Source: Candidatus Latescibacterota bacterium (GTDB taxonomy: Bacteria; Latescibacterota; UBA2968; UBA8231). Taken from it: a DNA stretch of 64,000 nt. Positions 8,634-18,311 of the stretch are shown here, piece after piece. The DNA lies in the NCBI GenBank assembly GCA_963422735.1, contig OY730476.1, positions 2,304,001 through 2,368,000 on the forward strand, written 5' to 3'. Position 1 is the stretch's first letter. Each line of letters starts with the position of its first letter. The notes beneath the pieces are model-generated. The model searched no databases, had not been told where the DNA came from, and was given only the letters and a program-made list of their open reading frames with translations. Made by a program: the position numbers and the translations under genes.

Positions 8634-11294
8634 CTACAAGCCCGCGTAGATAGAAATAAAGATCTGGTTAATAATCACGGCGTCCTCGCCTCGGGGCTGG
8701 CGGCGGTCGATTTTCATGCCCGCATGAGTCGTGACCTTGTAGCCGAGATAATCGGAGATATTGGCCAACTGCAAGGCCCAGACTAGGCCGTTGAAGTCGT
8801 TGGAATCGCGCTTCATGTCGTTGAGGAAGGTCATCTCCAGCCCGCTGAGCAGGGTCGTGTGGCTGAGCAGGGGAAAGCCGAGGACGAAGCCGCCAATCTC
8901 GGCCAGCTCGGTGCGCTCGTCGGCCGAAATTAGGTCGCGGCTCTGGCGGCGATACTCGCTCTTCCAGCGCGGCTCCATCCACAGGTGCCCAAAGTCGAAG
9001 CGGTAGCTGATTTTGTTGATTAAGCCCAAGAAAAAGTCGCGCTCGCGCAGGCCCAACAGCGCGCGCTCATTGGTGCTGAGCCGCTGGTAATACAGGTCGT
9101 ATTTGAGGTAATTGGCCGTCAGCAGGCCGCGTAGCTCGTAGTCGTGGCCGATCCACAGGCTGTTGATCCAAGCGTCGCGAGCAATGAGGGGATCCTCGAC
9201 TTTGGTCGGTTCGCCGGTGCGGATATTGGCGTTGGGCAGCCACTGCAAGAGGTCGTCGGGAATGTCGTCGGTGGTGGATTTGAGCATCTCAAAGACGCGG
9301 AAGCGACCCCAAGCAGGAGTGTGGTGGTCGAGAGTCAGCAGAGCGTAGTTGGAGTGGTTTTTCTGGTTGGAAGAAATGAGGCCCTCGCGCAAGACGCCGA
9401 CCATCAGCCGCACCTCCGGGGTGAGGTGGATGCCGCCGTAGGCATTGTACCCGCGGTGATCTTTCTTGTAGGGGTAGTCTGGCAGTTCGTCGTTTTCAAA
9501 GCGATCGACCCACAGGTTGTTATTCAGGTCGATGCCGAAGAGGAATTCGGGCCGATCGACGTTGTGGCGCAGGAACGGCTCCTCGTAGTCCGGGATGAGG
9601 TTGCTCAAGAAGCGGTTGTCGTTCTGGTTGAAATCCGAGATGAAGTCGTTGTTCTCGTCCCAGCCGGGGAAGACGCTCGGGTCGCCGATCTGCCAATCCT
9701 TGCGCACAGTATCGGGAAATTCGTCTTGGTCGTCGTTGTCCTCAACCAACTCGACGACGTGGATGCGTTCGTCCTCGTAGTCGATAAAGCCATCGCCTTG
9801 GGCGGTGAACGTGCGGGTGGAGTAGCGAGGATCCATGCTATATGCCTCGCCGAAGAAGAAAAAGGGAAACGCGACCCGCGAGAGGTTCATCATCCACGCA
9901 GCGGCGGCGCGGTCGCCGCGGATACCCGAGAAGGTGGTGTGGGTCTTGGCGACCACATTGGGATACTTGGTGTAGTTGTAGCTGAGGTCGTACTCGCCGT
10001 AGAAGTCGAAGCCGAGGACTTTTTGCAACTCTAATGTTCCTCCCCAGATCTGGGTGGAGGTCGGCAGGCCGTAATCGAAGCTGACGATCTGCAAATTGGT
10101 GTTGTCTTGGACGTTGCCCTCGGCTTGGGAGACGAGCAAGAGCACGGACTCACCACTGGCGTTAAGCTGATTGTTGGAGGTGACCCACACCTGATAGTCG
10201 TTGCCCAACACGAGGCGGAACTCGATCTTTTTAATCTCTTCTTTGGTGCCCGAGGCGCGGTTGACAAAGGCCGGGCTGTCAAAGTCGTAGCGCAGGCGGA
10301 TTTCCTCGACGCCGTTGGCCGAAAGGAAGCCCTCTCCCACGAGGCCGCCCTCGATGATCGGCTCAAAGCGAATGGCTTTGCCGTTGTCTTGGGTTCCGTC
10401 GAGATAGGTGATGACGATGTCCGAACCGGCGCTGAAGAAGGCCGCGCCGCCGACGCCGTCCTCCGGGCTGTCGTCGCGCAAGACGATCTCAATGATCGAG
10501 ACGGTCTGGTTCTGATCGACCGATAGCTCGCCGGTGAAGGGATTGCCGGTAAAGCCGTCGATGAGGGTGTTGGACTGATGGGCGTTGACCATGGTCAGCC
10601 CTATGGTGGCGAAGTCGCCCACCTGCGCGGTGGTGCGGCTGCCGAACATGGATGTGGCGTTGGTAACTAAGCTCTCTTGATCGTTGGTTGACGTGCCGCC
10701 GGGTCGGCTGATGCGCGAGTAGATCAGGCTGCCTTGATATTTGTCGGCGGCGTAGTCGAATTGGATGCCGTCCCAGCGCGGCTTGGAGAAGGTCATCGGC
10801 GTCAGGGTCGAGCGGATCTTGGTTCCGGCCGTCAGGGCATAGTGGTGCTGGCCCTTGGAGTCGGCCGAGATGACCAAGCCGCTAAACCAACCCTCGAAAT
10901 TTCTGGACTTCAGCACGGAAGAGCCAAACTGCCGGGGCTGGGTCTGCGCGTTGTTGAAAACCAACCAACCCCGGGTGATGAGGTTGCCGTAGAGGTCGTA
11001 GTAGTAATCGCCCTCGCGGATGGCGCTGACGTAGCGCTGGTAGTGATCGCGGGCGTAGTTGGAGTATTCCCACTGTCGCCACTGGTACTCGTTAAAAAGC
11101 TCCTGTGGCACATACCACCTGCGCTTGGCCGGGTCGAGGGCACCGAACAGGACGCCGGGCCCCTGTGGCTCAAAGGAAACCACCCCGCCTCTTTTGACCG
11201 TGCCGATGCGAGGGCCATAAGACTGGGCCTCAGCAGCAGTGCTGCCTAGCCACAGAATGGCTATTGCCGTCCAGAATATCCATCTCCGGTTCAC
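8634..11294 (-). CDS. Large exported putative outer-membrane beta-barrel protein (family paralog P1)
   Basis: GTG at 11294 after AAGGAGG; signal peptide; shares IRSTLTPMT, VEDNDD.D.FPD, FPG.D, DYPY..DHRG and N.S.Y.GY motifs with 20570, 23226 and 26020. Confidence 0.7.
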   Translation of the reverse strand: MNRRWIFWTAIAILWLGSTAAEAQSYGPRIGTVKRGGVVSFEPQGPGVLFGALDPAKRRWYVPQELFNEYQWRQWEYSNYARDHYQRYVSAIREGDYYYDLYGNLITRGWLVFNNAQTQPRQFGSSVLKSRNFEGWFSGLVISADSKGQHHYALTAGTKIRSTLTPMTFSKPRWDGIQFDYAADKYQGSLIYSRISRPGGTSTNDQESLVTNATSMFGSRTTAQVGDFATIGLTMVNAHQSNTLIDGFTGNPFTGELSVDQNQTVSIIEIVLRDDSPEDGVGGAAFFSAGSDIVITYLDGTQDNGKAIRFEPIIEGGLVGEGFLSANGVEEIRLRYDFDSPAFVNRASGTKEEIKKIEFRLVLGNDYQVWVTSNNQLNASGESVLLLVSQAEGNVQDNTNLQIVSFDYGLPTSTQIWGGTLELQKVLGFDFYGEYDLSYNYTKYPNVVAKTHTTFSGIRGDRAAAAWMMNLSRVAFPFFFFGEAYSMDPRYSTRTFTAQGDGFIDYEDERIHVVELVEDNDDQDEFPDTVRKDWQIGDPSVFPGWDENNDFISDFNQNDNRFLSNLIPDYEEPFLRHNVDRPEFLFGIDLNNNLWVDRFENDELPDYPYKKDHRGYNAYGGIHLTPEVRLMVGVLREGLISSNQKNHSNYALLTLDHHTPAWGRFRVFEMLKSTTDDIPDDLLQWLPNANIRTGEPTKVEDPLIARDAWINSLWIGHDYELRGLLTANYLKYDLYYQRLSTNERALLGLRERDFFLGLINKISYRFDFGHLWMEPRWKSEYRRQSRDLISADERTELAEIGGFVLGFPLLSHTTLLSGLEMTFLNDMKRDSNDFNGLVWALQLANISDYLGYKVTTHAGMKIDRRQPRGEDAVIINQIFISIYAGL

Positions 11295-11407
11295 CTGCAG
11301 TCCCTCCTTAGTGGATGCACATGGTGCGTCAATGATAATCGGCTCTGTGCGTTCCAGCAATAACTGACTAATGGTGCTAGTGATTTACAAGCTGAATTCA
11401 GCGGTGG

Positions 11408-11500
11408 TCAACTTGACAATCCTCGGTCGCTGAGGAGGATCAACTGCTCTCCCCATCGGCGAGTCATCGGGTGAAAGACCGTATCGTGGACATGGGGACG
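11408..11500 (-). mobile_element. Short DDE transposase-like remnant
   Basis: Reads HVHDTVFHPMTRRWGEQLILLSDRG, resembling the 'VHD...D.G' segment of DDE_Tnp_1 transposases. Confidence 0.3.
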
Positions 11501-11619
11501 CTCCTAAGTTTAGAGCCTATACGGAAATCATCCTAAACGGTCGGCAATTCGAAAAATGATAAGAACAGAAGCTAACTGTTAATGCTTGGTAATGGGGAAA
11601 GCGAGACAGGTTTAGGCAC

Positions 11620-11895
11620 TCGAACAGGCGGCCCTGCTGAGCGGGGCTAGCTTACCTGCGGGCCGACAGCTTAGTGGCCGCTGCTGCCGCTTTTAGAAGT
11701 GCGGCCCGGCGCACGCCTTGGGATCAATCTGGCCCAGTTGTACGCAAGCAAGGGACAGCATGAACAAGCCGTCAAAGAGCAGGCGCTGTTTGAGCGTTTA
11801 AGTCTGGTGCAGAATCGGGTGGATCTCTATGAGAAAAAGGTCGGCGGCTGGCAGGACAGCACTAGAGGAAGGCTACACTTGGGGACGCTGCAAAG
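11620..11895 (+). pseudogene. Degenerate TPR protein fragment
   Basis: INLAQLYASKGQHEQAVKEQALFERL and GRLHLGTL are TPR-like; upstream frame disrupted; no clean start. Confidence 0.4.
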
Positions 11896-12005
11896 TTCTT
11901 GCGACTCTACCGCTTTCCACAATGCAGCGGCCGTGGCACGTGCATTCAGATGGTATGGGCTTCTGTGGGTGTTTGCAGAGGAGCTGTTCGCGATCCGATT
12001 CCAAA

Positions 12006-12422
12006 CTATTTTTTTCGAAGGTCTTCCGTAGCCAACGGTATTTTTTCAATCCCCACGCGCTTGGCCACCTCTAAGAGATCCAGTAGGTACTTATGCGGGG
12101 TCTCCCGATCGGTCCGCACTACCAGCGTCAGACTCCGGGTGCCTTCTTTTTCTCGCAAAAGGACCTGCTCCAGATTGTCCAATGTCACGAGCTGGCGGTT
12201 GATCTCCATGCGGCCGTCCTGTGTGATCGTCGCCACCAGTTTCTTCTCTTCGATAATCTGCGCCTGTTGCGCTTCGGGTAATGCGACTTGGAGGCTGTAG
12301 GGTTGCTTAAACACCGTGGTTACCATAAAGAAGATCAGCAGCAAAAAGACGCAGTCGATCAACGGCGTCATATTCAATTCTTGTTCTTCGTACAGAGATT
12401 TGCGCCTAGGCATCGGACTCAT
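12006..12422 (-). CDS. exbD: ExbD/TolR family protein
   Basis: LNMTPLIDCVFLLLIFFMVTT with the conserved TM Asp; periplasmic domain VVRTDRETPH. Confidence 0.92.
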   Translation of the reverse strand: MSPMPRRKSLYEEQELNMTPLIDCVFLLLIFFMVTTVFKQPYSLQVALPEAQQAQIIEEKKLVATITQDGRMEINRQLVTLDNLEQVLLREKEGTRSLTLVVRTDRETPHKYLLDLLEVAKRVGIEKIPLATEDLRKK

Positions 12423-12835
12423 TCCTCCTGTTCCCGCACAAAAGCGATGCCCTCAACCCCGACTTCTTTGGCTTCATCCACCACAAACACTACGTGTTTC
12501 TGGGCGCACTCGCCGTCTGCCTGAATGATGATATTCTCATTGTTGGCCTCTTCCATGGCCGTGACCAGCCGAGCCGCCAATACCGCCGGTGCCACGTCCT
12601 CACCCTTGATTTGAATCTCGCCATCGCGGTCCAGCAAGACGTTGATATCTTTCTTCTTTTTTTCCGTCGCTTCGCTTTCGGCCGGCATGTCCACTTCCAG
12701 CCCTTTGGTGTGTAGAAACACCGTGGTTACCATGAAGAAGATTAGCAGCAAAAAGACGCAGTCAATCAGCGGAGTCATGTCCGGGCCGCCTTCTGCGAGA
12801 AAGCTCTCGGACCGATGTTTTCGGTGTCTGGCCAT
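12419..12835 (-). CDS. exbD: ExbD/TolR family protein
   Basis: DMTPLIDCVFLLLIFFMVTT; IIIQADGE; overlaps the next gene by 4 bp. Confidence 0.92.
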   Translation of the reverse strand: MARHRKHRSESFLAEGGPDMTPLIDCVFLLLIFFMVTTVFLHTKGLEVDMPAESEATEKKKKDINVLLDRDGEIQIKGEDVAPAVLAARLVTAMEEANNENIIIQADGECAQKHVVFVVDEAKEVGVEGIAFVREQEE

Positions 12836-12859
12836 GGGGTTAACTCCTCCCAGCAGGAG

Positions 12860-13606
12860 CTAGTCTGTCGTGCCGTATTGTTGGCGCTGTCCCGCAGTGA
12901 TCAGAGCATTGGCAAAGGCATGCCCGTACATCTCGGCTTCTTCCAGTAAATGGTCTGCTTTGCGTGCCAGATAGCGGTACAATACAATCGTTGGGATGGC
13001 GACGATCAACCCCGAAGCGGTAGTGACCAACGCTTGGGAAATACCGCCAGCAACCACTTTCGGATCCCCTGCACCAGCTATGGCGATAGACTCAAAGGCG
13101 ATGATCATCCCCATAATGGTGCCAAGCAAGCCTAACAAAGGGCTTATATTGCCGATGGTATTCAAAATCGCCAGATTTTTGCCCAGATAGGCCCGGGCGG
13201 CTCCCTCCGTCTGCATGATCAGCTCTTCTTTGAGATCGGCCAGTTCCCGTTGCATCACCATAAACCGGCCCACTTGGCCCCCGCCGCTGGCGTCCGCTAG
13301 ACGAATGATCTCCTCGTTTGTCTCTTTGAATTCCCGCTGTTCGATCATCAGCGTATCGTATCGTTTCAACAGCGAAGCAAATACATAATTGAGCAGGCCC
13401 TTGCCTTGGTTGCACTCTTCCACGACCGCCTGTTCCCCGCCGTTGTGCAGCGCGTTTTCGAGCCGGTCTAGCTCACTTTGGGCTTCTTCCGGCGTGGGTA
13501 ATTGCTTGAAGATCCACAGGCGTTCAATCGAATAGGCAATGGCCAGAATAGCACAGCCGATTAGGGGCACCATCATCGGTCCGCCACTTTGAATTATTTC
13601 CCACAT
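12860..13606 (-). CDS. exbB: MotA/TolQ/ExbB proton channel protein
   Basis: GGPMMVPL; ISPLLGLLGTIMGMIIAF; VAGGISQALVTTASGLIVAIP. Confidence 0.92.
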   Translation of the reverse strand: MWEIIQSGGPMMVPLIGCAILAIAYSIERLWIFKQLPTPEEAQSELDRLENALHNGGEQAVVEECNQGKGLLNYVFASLLKRYDTLMIEQREFKETNEEIIRLADASGGGQVGRFMVMQRELADLKEELIMQTEGAARAYLGKNLAILNTIGNISPLLGLLGTIMGMIIAFESIAIAGAGDPKVVAGGISQALVTTASGLIVAIPTIVLYRYLARKADHLLEEAEMYGHAFANALITAGQRQQYGTTD

Positions 13607-13637
13607 GCTACTGCTCCTTGTTGGCGAGAGAAGAGGT

Positions 13638-14558
13638 CTAGTCGTCTTCTTTGGCGTTTCTAGATAACCGCTGTCCTATGCGCAAACCGGTATCGATGAC
13701 ACCGAATCTCTCAACGACCTCGGCCTTGCACAAGTGCGGCCCGATAATCTGATACACCCTGACTAGAGCGATTCGAACTTCTTTATCATATAGCGGCAGG
13801 ACATCGCCGTACTCGACGCGATCCAAGACACCGATGCCCAGATATACTTCGTCGGCCTCGACCGCTAGGACTTGGGCCTGCTCGCCGGAAAGGTCGATGG
13901 GGGGGCGCTCCGTCAGACTCGTAATCATTTGGCTGCTGAGGTCTCTGAAAGCGACATCAACGAGTTTGCCAAAGGCCAATTCAAAAAAACGCTCGGAACC
14001 GAAGTCAACCTTGAAGAGTTCGCGGAATTCCCGATCCTGTTTGCGCGGCCGTCCGAACAGATCCAAGCCGAACGGCTTTTCCGTGGAGTCTCTGAGCGTT
14101 TCAAAGGTCTCGACTATTTCTCCGGTCGCTACTCTGATTAGCTGCACTTGGCTGAGGTGGATCACTGAATTGTAGGATTTATAGCCGATCAGATTGGGGT
14201 TTCCCACTGTCGTACGACGCATGCCCAATTTCTCCACGACGCCGGTAATGACCACATCGGCATCCAAGAACTGCCCCAGCCGCACGGCCCAGTCAATGCC
14301 CTGGTATTTTTCGAACTGTTTGTTCAGTTGAACGGCCTTGACCTCTTTTGTAGGAATGACAAAGACCGCATCGTCTGCGTCCAGATATCGACCTAGCAAA
14401 TCGGGCACATCCCTAGACAAGTACCATTTCCCCTGAAAACCGGCTCGGTCCTCAAAATCGAGCAGGGCAAGGCGCAGGGTCGGCAGCGGCCCCTCGGTCG
14501 CGACCGCCATGTCGGCACCTGCCCAGGTGCAAAAGAATAAAATGGTTAGCGAACGCAA
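13638..14558 (-). CDS. CsgG/HfaB-like domain plus FlgT-C-like domain exported protein
   Basis: LALLDFED, LGQFLDADVVITGVV and LIRVATGEIV (CsgG/TolB-N-like fold); C-terminal VLAVEADEVYLGIG...GD.L (FlgT-C-like). Confidence 0.6.
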   Translation of the reverse strand: MRSLTILFFCTWAGADMAVATEGPLPTLRLALLDFEDRAGFQGKWYLSRDVPDLLGRYLDADDAVFVIPTKEVKAVQLNKQFEKYQGIDWAVRLGQFLDADVVITGVVEKLGMRRTTVGNPNLIGYKSYNSVIHLSQVQLIRVATGEIVETFETLRDSTEKPFGLDLFGRPRKQDREFRELFKVDFGSERFFELAFGKLVDVAFRDLSSQMITSLTERPPIDLSGEQAQVLAVEADEVYLGIGVLDRVEYGDVLPLYDKEVRIALVRVYQIIGPHLCKAEVVERFGVIDTGLRIGQRLSRNAKEDD

Positions 14559-14566
14559 TGGGCCGC

Positions 14567-15306
14567 CTACCTGTCCGCTGCCTCCGCTTGCCGCACTTCC
14601 TCGATTGCGATCTTTTGCTCGAACTCGAGGGCGATATCCACGGTTTCCAGCGGCTGCCCGGAGGTGTCGAATTTCAGGACAAAATTTTTGAGCACCAGGC
14701 GGACCTGGCGCACTTTCTCGTTCAGTGGCTCGAAGGCGATGATCCCCGAAAATTTCTCTCCTTTGAACACTTTTTGGTTTTCCATGTAGGCCGTACTACG
14801 CGCATTGCCCATGCACAGGTCAATGCGATAAAACTTGTTGCCGCTCTGCCCCCGAATGGCCCGGTAGTAGCACTCAAAACTTTTGTACGGCGAAAAAGAC
14901 GGCAGACCATAGGAATGGACCTCGCCCTGACCGGTATAGAGCAACGCTTTGATCGGATCGAGCAGGACTTTGGCGTAGATATCGTTGATAACCGTAACGC
15001 GAAAAACCGTAAGACGCTTGGGTCTGTAACTCAACAGCGGATCAATCCAATTGCCGTAGGTGTACTCCCCTTTGCGCGAATCCTCGGGCAACAGTGCATT
15101 CAGTTGATCGTCCGTCATAGGTTCGACCTTGACGCGCAGTCCTCTATGGCATACGCGACCGACCCGTCTTCACCCACGATATACTGTTCCTTCCCGCCTT
15201 GGGAAGTACGGGGTATCAGCTCATTTTTGTACAGAATAGTCGGCGGAATGAGAAAACTACAGCCGGACGCGAATGACATTAGGATAATTCCCAAGTGCAT
15301 GGCCAT
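14567..15306 (-). pseudogene. Lipoprotein, frameshifted paralog of 34672..35439
   Basis: Lipobox ASGC. One base is missing near 15141 (TAT GCC ATA GAG GA CTG CGC GTC versus paralog YAIEGLRV). Could be a sequencing error. Confidence 0.75.
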
Positions 15307-15314
15307 TACCTCTC

Positions 15315-16016
15315 TTATTGGCCCCGCTGGCTGAAGAAATCGATTTGCTGCTGGGCAATACATCCTTCCTGCGTCAGGGCAAAAATAACGGCGCTGATGC
15401 CAAATCGCAGCTGTGGCTCATTGCCGTAATTGCCTACCCAAGTATGGACATATCCCTCGTCGGAGTACATGGCTACTATGCGATCGCCTAGGAAAACCCC
15501 CTCTAGGTAATACGATTGCTCGGCGATGACTAAGTGATCAAGGCTACGCTGTTCGGAAAAGGTGGGAATCTCCAGTTCAGAACCGGCCGGCGGGCCGTCA
15601 AAATCGTAAAAGGTATGGTAGATCGGATGGTTGTTGGAAGTGGGCCGCAATTGGCCTTGCGCCCCCAAGGCACCGCGAAAGGTGCATCGCAAAGATGCTT
15701 CTCCCTGACTGAATTCTGTGGTGGGATTGGCATTATCGGCTAAGATGAACCCGCCTTGCCGCAAGTATTCTCCCAGGTTCTCTAGTTCGCGTTCCGTCAG
15801 TTCAAAAGCCTCAGTAGAGGTGATGTACACAAAAGGTGTGCGAAACAGTTCTTGGGAATCGAGAAATAAATGCACATCTACTCTGGCCGAGATGCCCGTC
15901 TGTTCATTGAGGGCGTCGACTAGATTGGGGATGGCCTTAGCGGTGCTGTCAAACGTTGGCTCCAGGTCATTTGCCCAGGCCGTGCCCAGATAGACGAGTA
16001 AGGACATATTTGTCAT
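15315..16016 (-). pseudogene. 5'-truncated DUF4159 protein (paralog of 33440..34675)
   Basis: Homology begins abruptly at VYLGTAW (~15998); the N-terminal TM and linker are absent; the remaining frame is open. Confidence 0.75.
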
Positions 16017-16019
16017 GAG

Positions 16020-17170
16020 TCAATCTCCACTCAACCGGTACACCACATTACCTGTCATACCGGTAAAATAATCTATAATCAGCCAGCACCCCATACAGGC
16101 AAACTGGCCGATGACCAAGCCGATAAAAAATGGCTTGCCTCGGTCGTAGATGTACCCCAAGGCCGTCACCCCGCTCGCCCCCAGCGTCTCGACCCCGAAT
16201 CCGGACACCATGAAATTCCCCGGGTTCATGGGTGCCCGCGTGGTAAAGAACCCCCCTTCCGTCACCATCCGGGTCAGTCCCAGAAAGAGCACAAACGCGA
16301 TGAACAGAACCATGCCTGTCACCCACAGTGCTAGACCCGACATCCACAGCCACCACATCATAAACCCGTTGCCACCCAGGACCAGGAAGACCGCGGTCCG
16401 GTACGACATCACCTCGTCCGTATCTTGCACCGACGCGTCATCCCTGAACGCCTTGCGCACCACCACCCTCAGATGGGAGCGGCCCATCCATAGACCGAAG
16501 AGCACGAAGACAATCATGGCCCCGATATTCTGATGCGCCAGGATAGGCACCGTAACCCACTCCATATGTTCGGTGCTGGAAACCCCCAGAAGGTTGAACG
16601 ACCCTTCCTGAAGCTTGGCCAGCAGGTTAAAACCAGATCCCCAGAGAGATGTCCCGACTCAAAAAATAAGTAAAACCGATGGTTGTAAAGTAGAGACCGG
16701 GTCGAAGTAGAGTGCTGCTGCGGAAAATTGGCAGGAGCGTATAGAGTTCGATCTTCGGAAAGACAGGATAATAGGCGTGCAGGGCCGTGATACTGCCAAT
16801 GGTGAAGGGAATGCCCACTCCAAACTAGAATAAGGCCGAGCGCAAGAGTGGCGGCAGCAAGCGTCCCTTTTCTTGCGCGATCAGGGCTAGGGAGGGCTGC
16901 ATCAGCGGGTAGAGCAAGCGCTCGTGCGTCATCCACTGGCGGCGCAGGATTACCATAGAAGCGATCATGACTAGGTAGAGTGCCAGCAGAAAGGGCAGCC
17001 ACGCCAGTAAAGACGGTAACCAAGCCTTCCAAGGGATGCCACCCGCCCCCTGCGGATTGCCCTCGTAGAAGTTCTTGATGGCCTGCTGATCCTGCACGAT
17101 CAACCAGTCCGGGGTGTAGTGCATAAACAGCTCCGCCCAGCCATTCTCCGGACTGGCATAATACTGGGCA
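16020..17170 (-). pseudogene. Fragmented DUF6785/DUF6784-like polytopic membrane (peptide transporter-like) gene
   Basis: YYASPENGW, FYEG...IPWKAW, ILRRQWMTHERLLYPL, RMVTEGG, KPFFIGLVIG; in-frame stop at ~16825, frameshifts, internal deletion, 5' end missing. Confidence 0.6.
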
Positions 17171-17790
17171 CCGCTACGTACGTATCCGCGCCCGTGCCAA
17201 GGAGCCTGCACGGCATCTCGTTTATCGACTCGACACCGTTGGCCGTATGCAATCCCCATCGTAATCATCAGCACCGACTCTTTGCCGGGCGGGCGCAACG
17301 GGGCAAAAGCTCGACCGGCTGGTTTTTCGGTTTCAAGCTGCCTCGGGTGTTCAATGATCGAGGCCAATTGCTCAACCTGGCATTAACCCCAGAAAACGTC
17401 AATGATCGGAAACCCGTACTCGGTCTGGTGCGAGACCTGTTTGGCAATCCCTGCTTTCGCAGGGACAACGAGGCTGCATTTCCAAAAAGTTGGGCAACCC
17501 ATTGAGAAAGCTATTCGACCTACTGTTGATTACCAAGCTCCGATCCAACATGAAAAATCAACGCCTGCCGATCTCAGACAAACTCCTGCTGCACAAACGA
17601 TCCTTGATCGAAACCATCATCGATCAACTCAAAAGTATCTCCCCAATTGAACACACCATACATCGCAGCCTGGTCAACTTCAGGGTCAATCTCCTATGTG
17701 GGTTGATTGCCTATTGCCACCAACCTAAAAAACCAGCTCTAAAGATCGATGGACGACTCCAAATCGAGGCCGCTTAACCCGAACTCACGT
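17170..17790 (+). mobile_element. IS982-family transposase remnant with right end
   Basis: GISFIDSTPLAVC, RGKSSTGWFFGFKL, NDRKPV, KRSLIETIIDQLK; frameshifts; terminal ACCCGAACTCACGT at 17777-17790. Confidence 0.85.
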
Positions 17791-18045
17791 TAATCCTAAA
17801 TACAACAGGTTTAGATCGGTGCGACCGAACTGCCAATGGATCCTATCCAAGACCAACACCTGTTGTTGGCTGGGTCGAACCAGCTTCGATACTACGATCA
17901 ACTGGGTAAACACCACCGGGGATACCTCGCTGCTGAAAAAACGCTGTACGCGTCGATACTGACTTTCAATTTGGGTCCTGCCCGACAGGCTACACGCCAT
18001 TTTCTTCATACTTGATGGAGCGAACGTTAGATCAGCGCACACCAA
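17791..18045 (-). mobile_element. IS4-family transposase fragment
   Basis: ESQYRRVQRFF and LVLDRIHWQFGRTDLNLLYLG; cut by the IS982 end. Confidence 0.65.
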
Positions 18046-18250
18046 GCGGCTGACTAGGTCAATACGGTGGTGGGTGAGGGGTATCTTCCCTTATTGTGAG
18101 GGCCTTTTAATTTATTGTACTTATAAGCATGGTGCTGCTCTTGTATGTAGGGTTTATTTGCAATCTTGGCGATTACAAATAAACCTAAATCGGGGCTGCA
18201 CCACAACTTAGATTACTGTCGTGTACTTAGGTCGTTTCCCTCAAATTTGT

Positions 18251-18279
18251 TTGACATCTACTTCTCGAGAGCGTAACTT
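18251..18279 (+). promoter_or_regulatory. Sigma70-like promoter candidate for the 18312-35741 operon
   Basis: TTGACA (18251-18256), 17-bp spacer, TAACTT (18274-18279), in an AT-rich intergenic region. Confidence 0.5.
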
Positions 18280-18311
18280 AGCGCCCTCATCGAGAGGATG
18301 CAGATGCATTA

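Noticed and set aside
15130-15150. Programmed frameshift in the lipoprotein gene
   Set aside because: No slippery heptamer or long homopolymer; the paralog is continuous; a simple 1-bp loss or sequencing error fits better.
17562-18045. Active IS elements or a composite transposon bounding the operon (IS982/IS4 and IS903-like)
   Set aside because: The elements are of different families, all truncated, with at most one end each and no target-site duplication identified.
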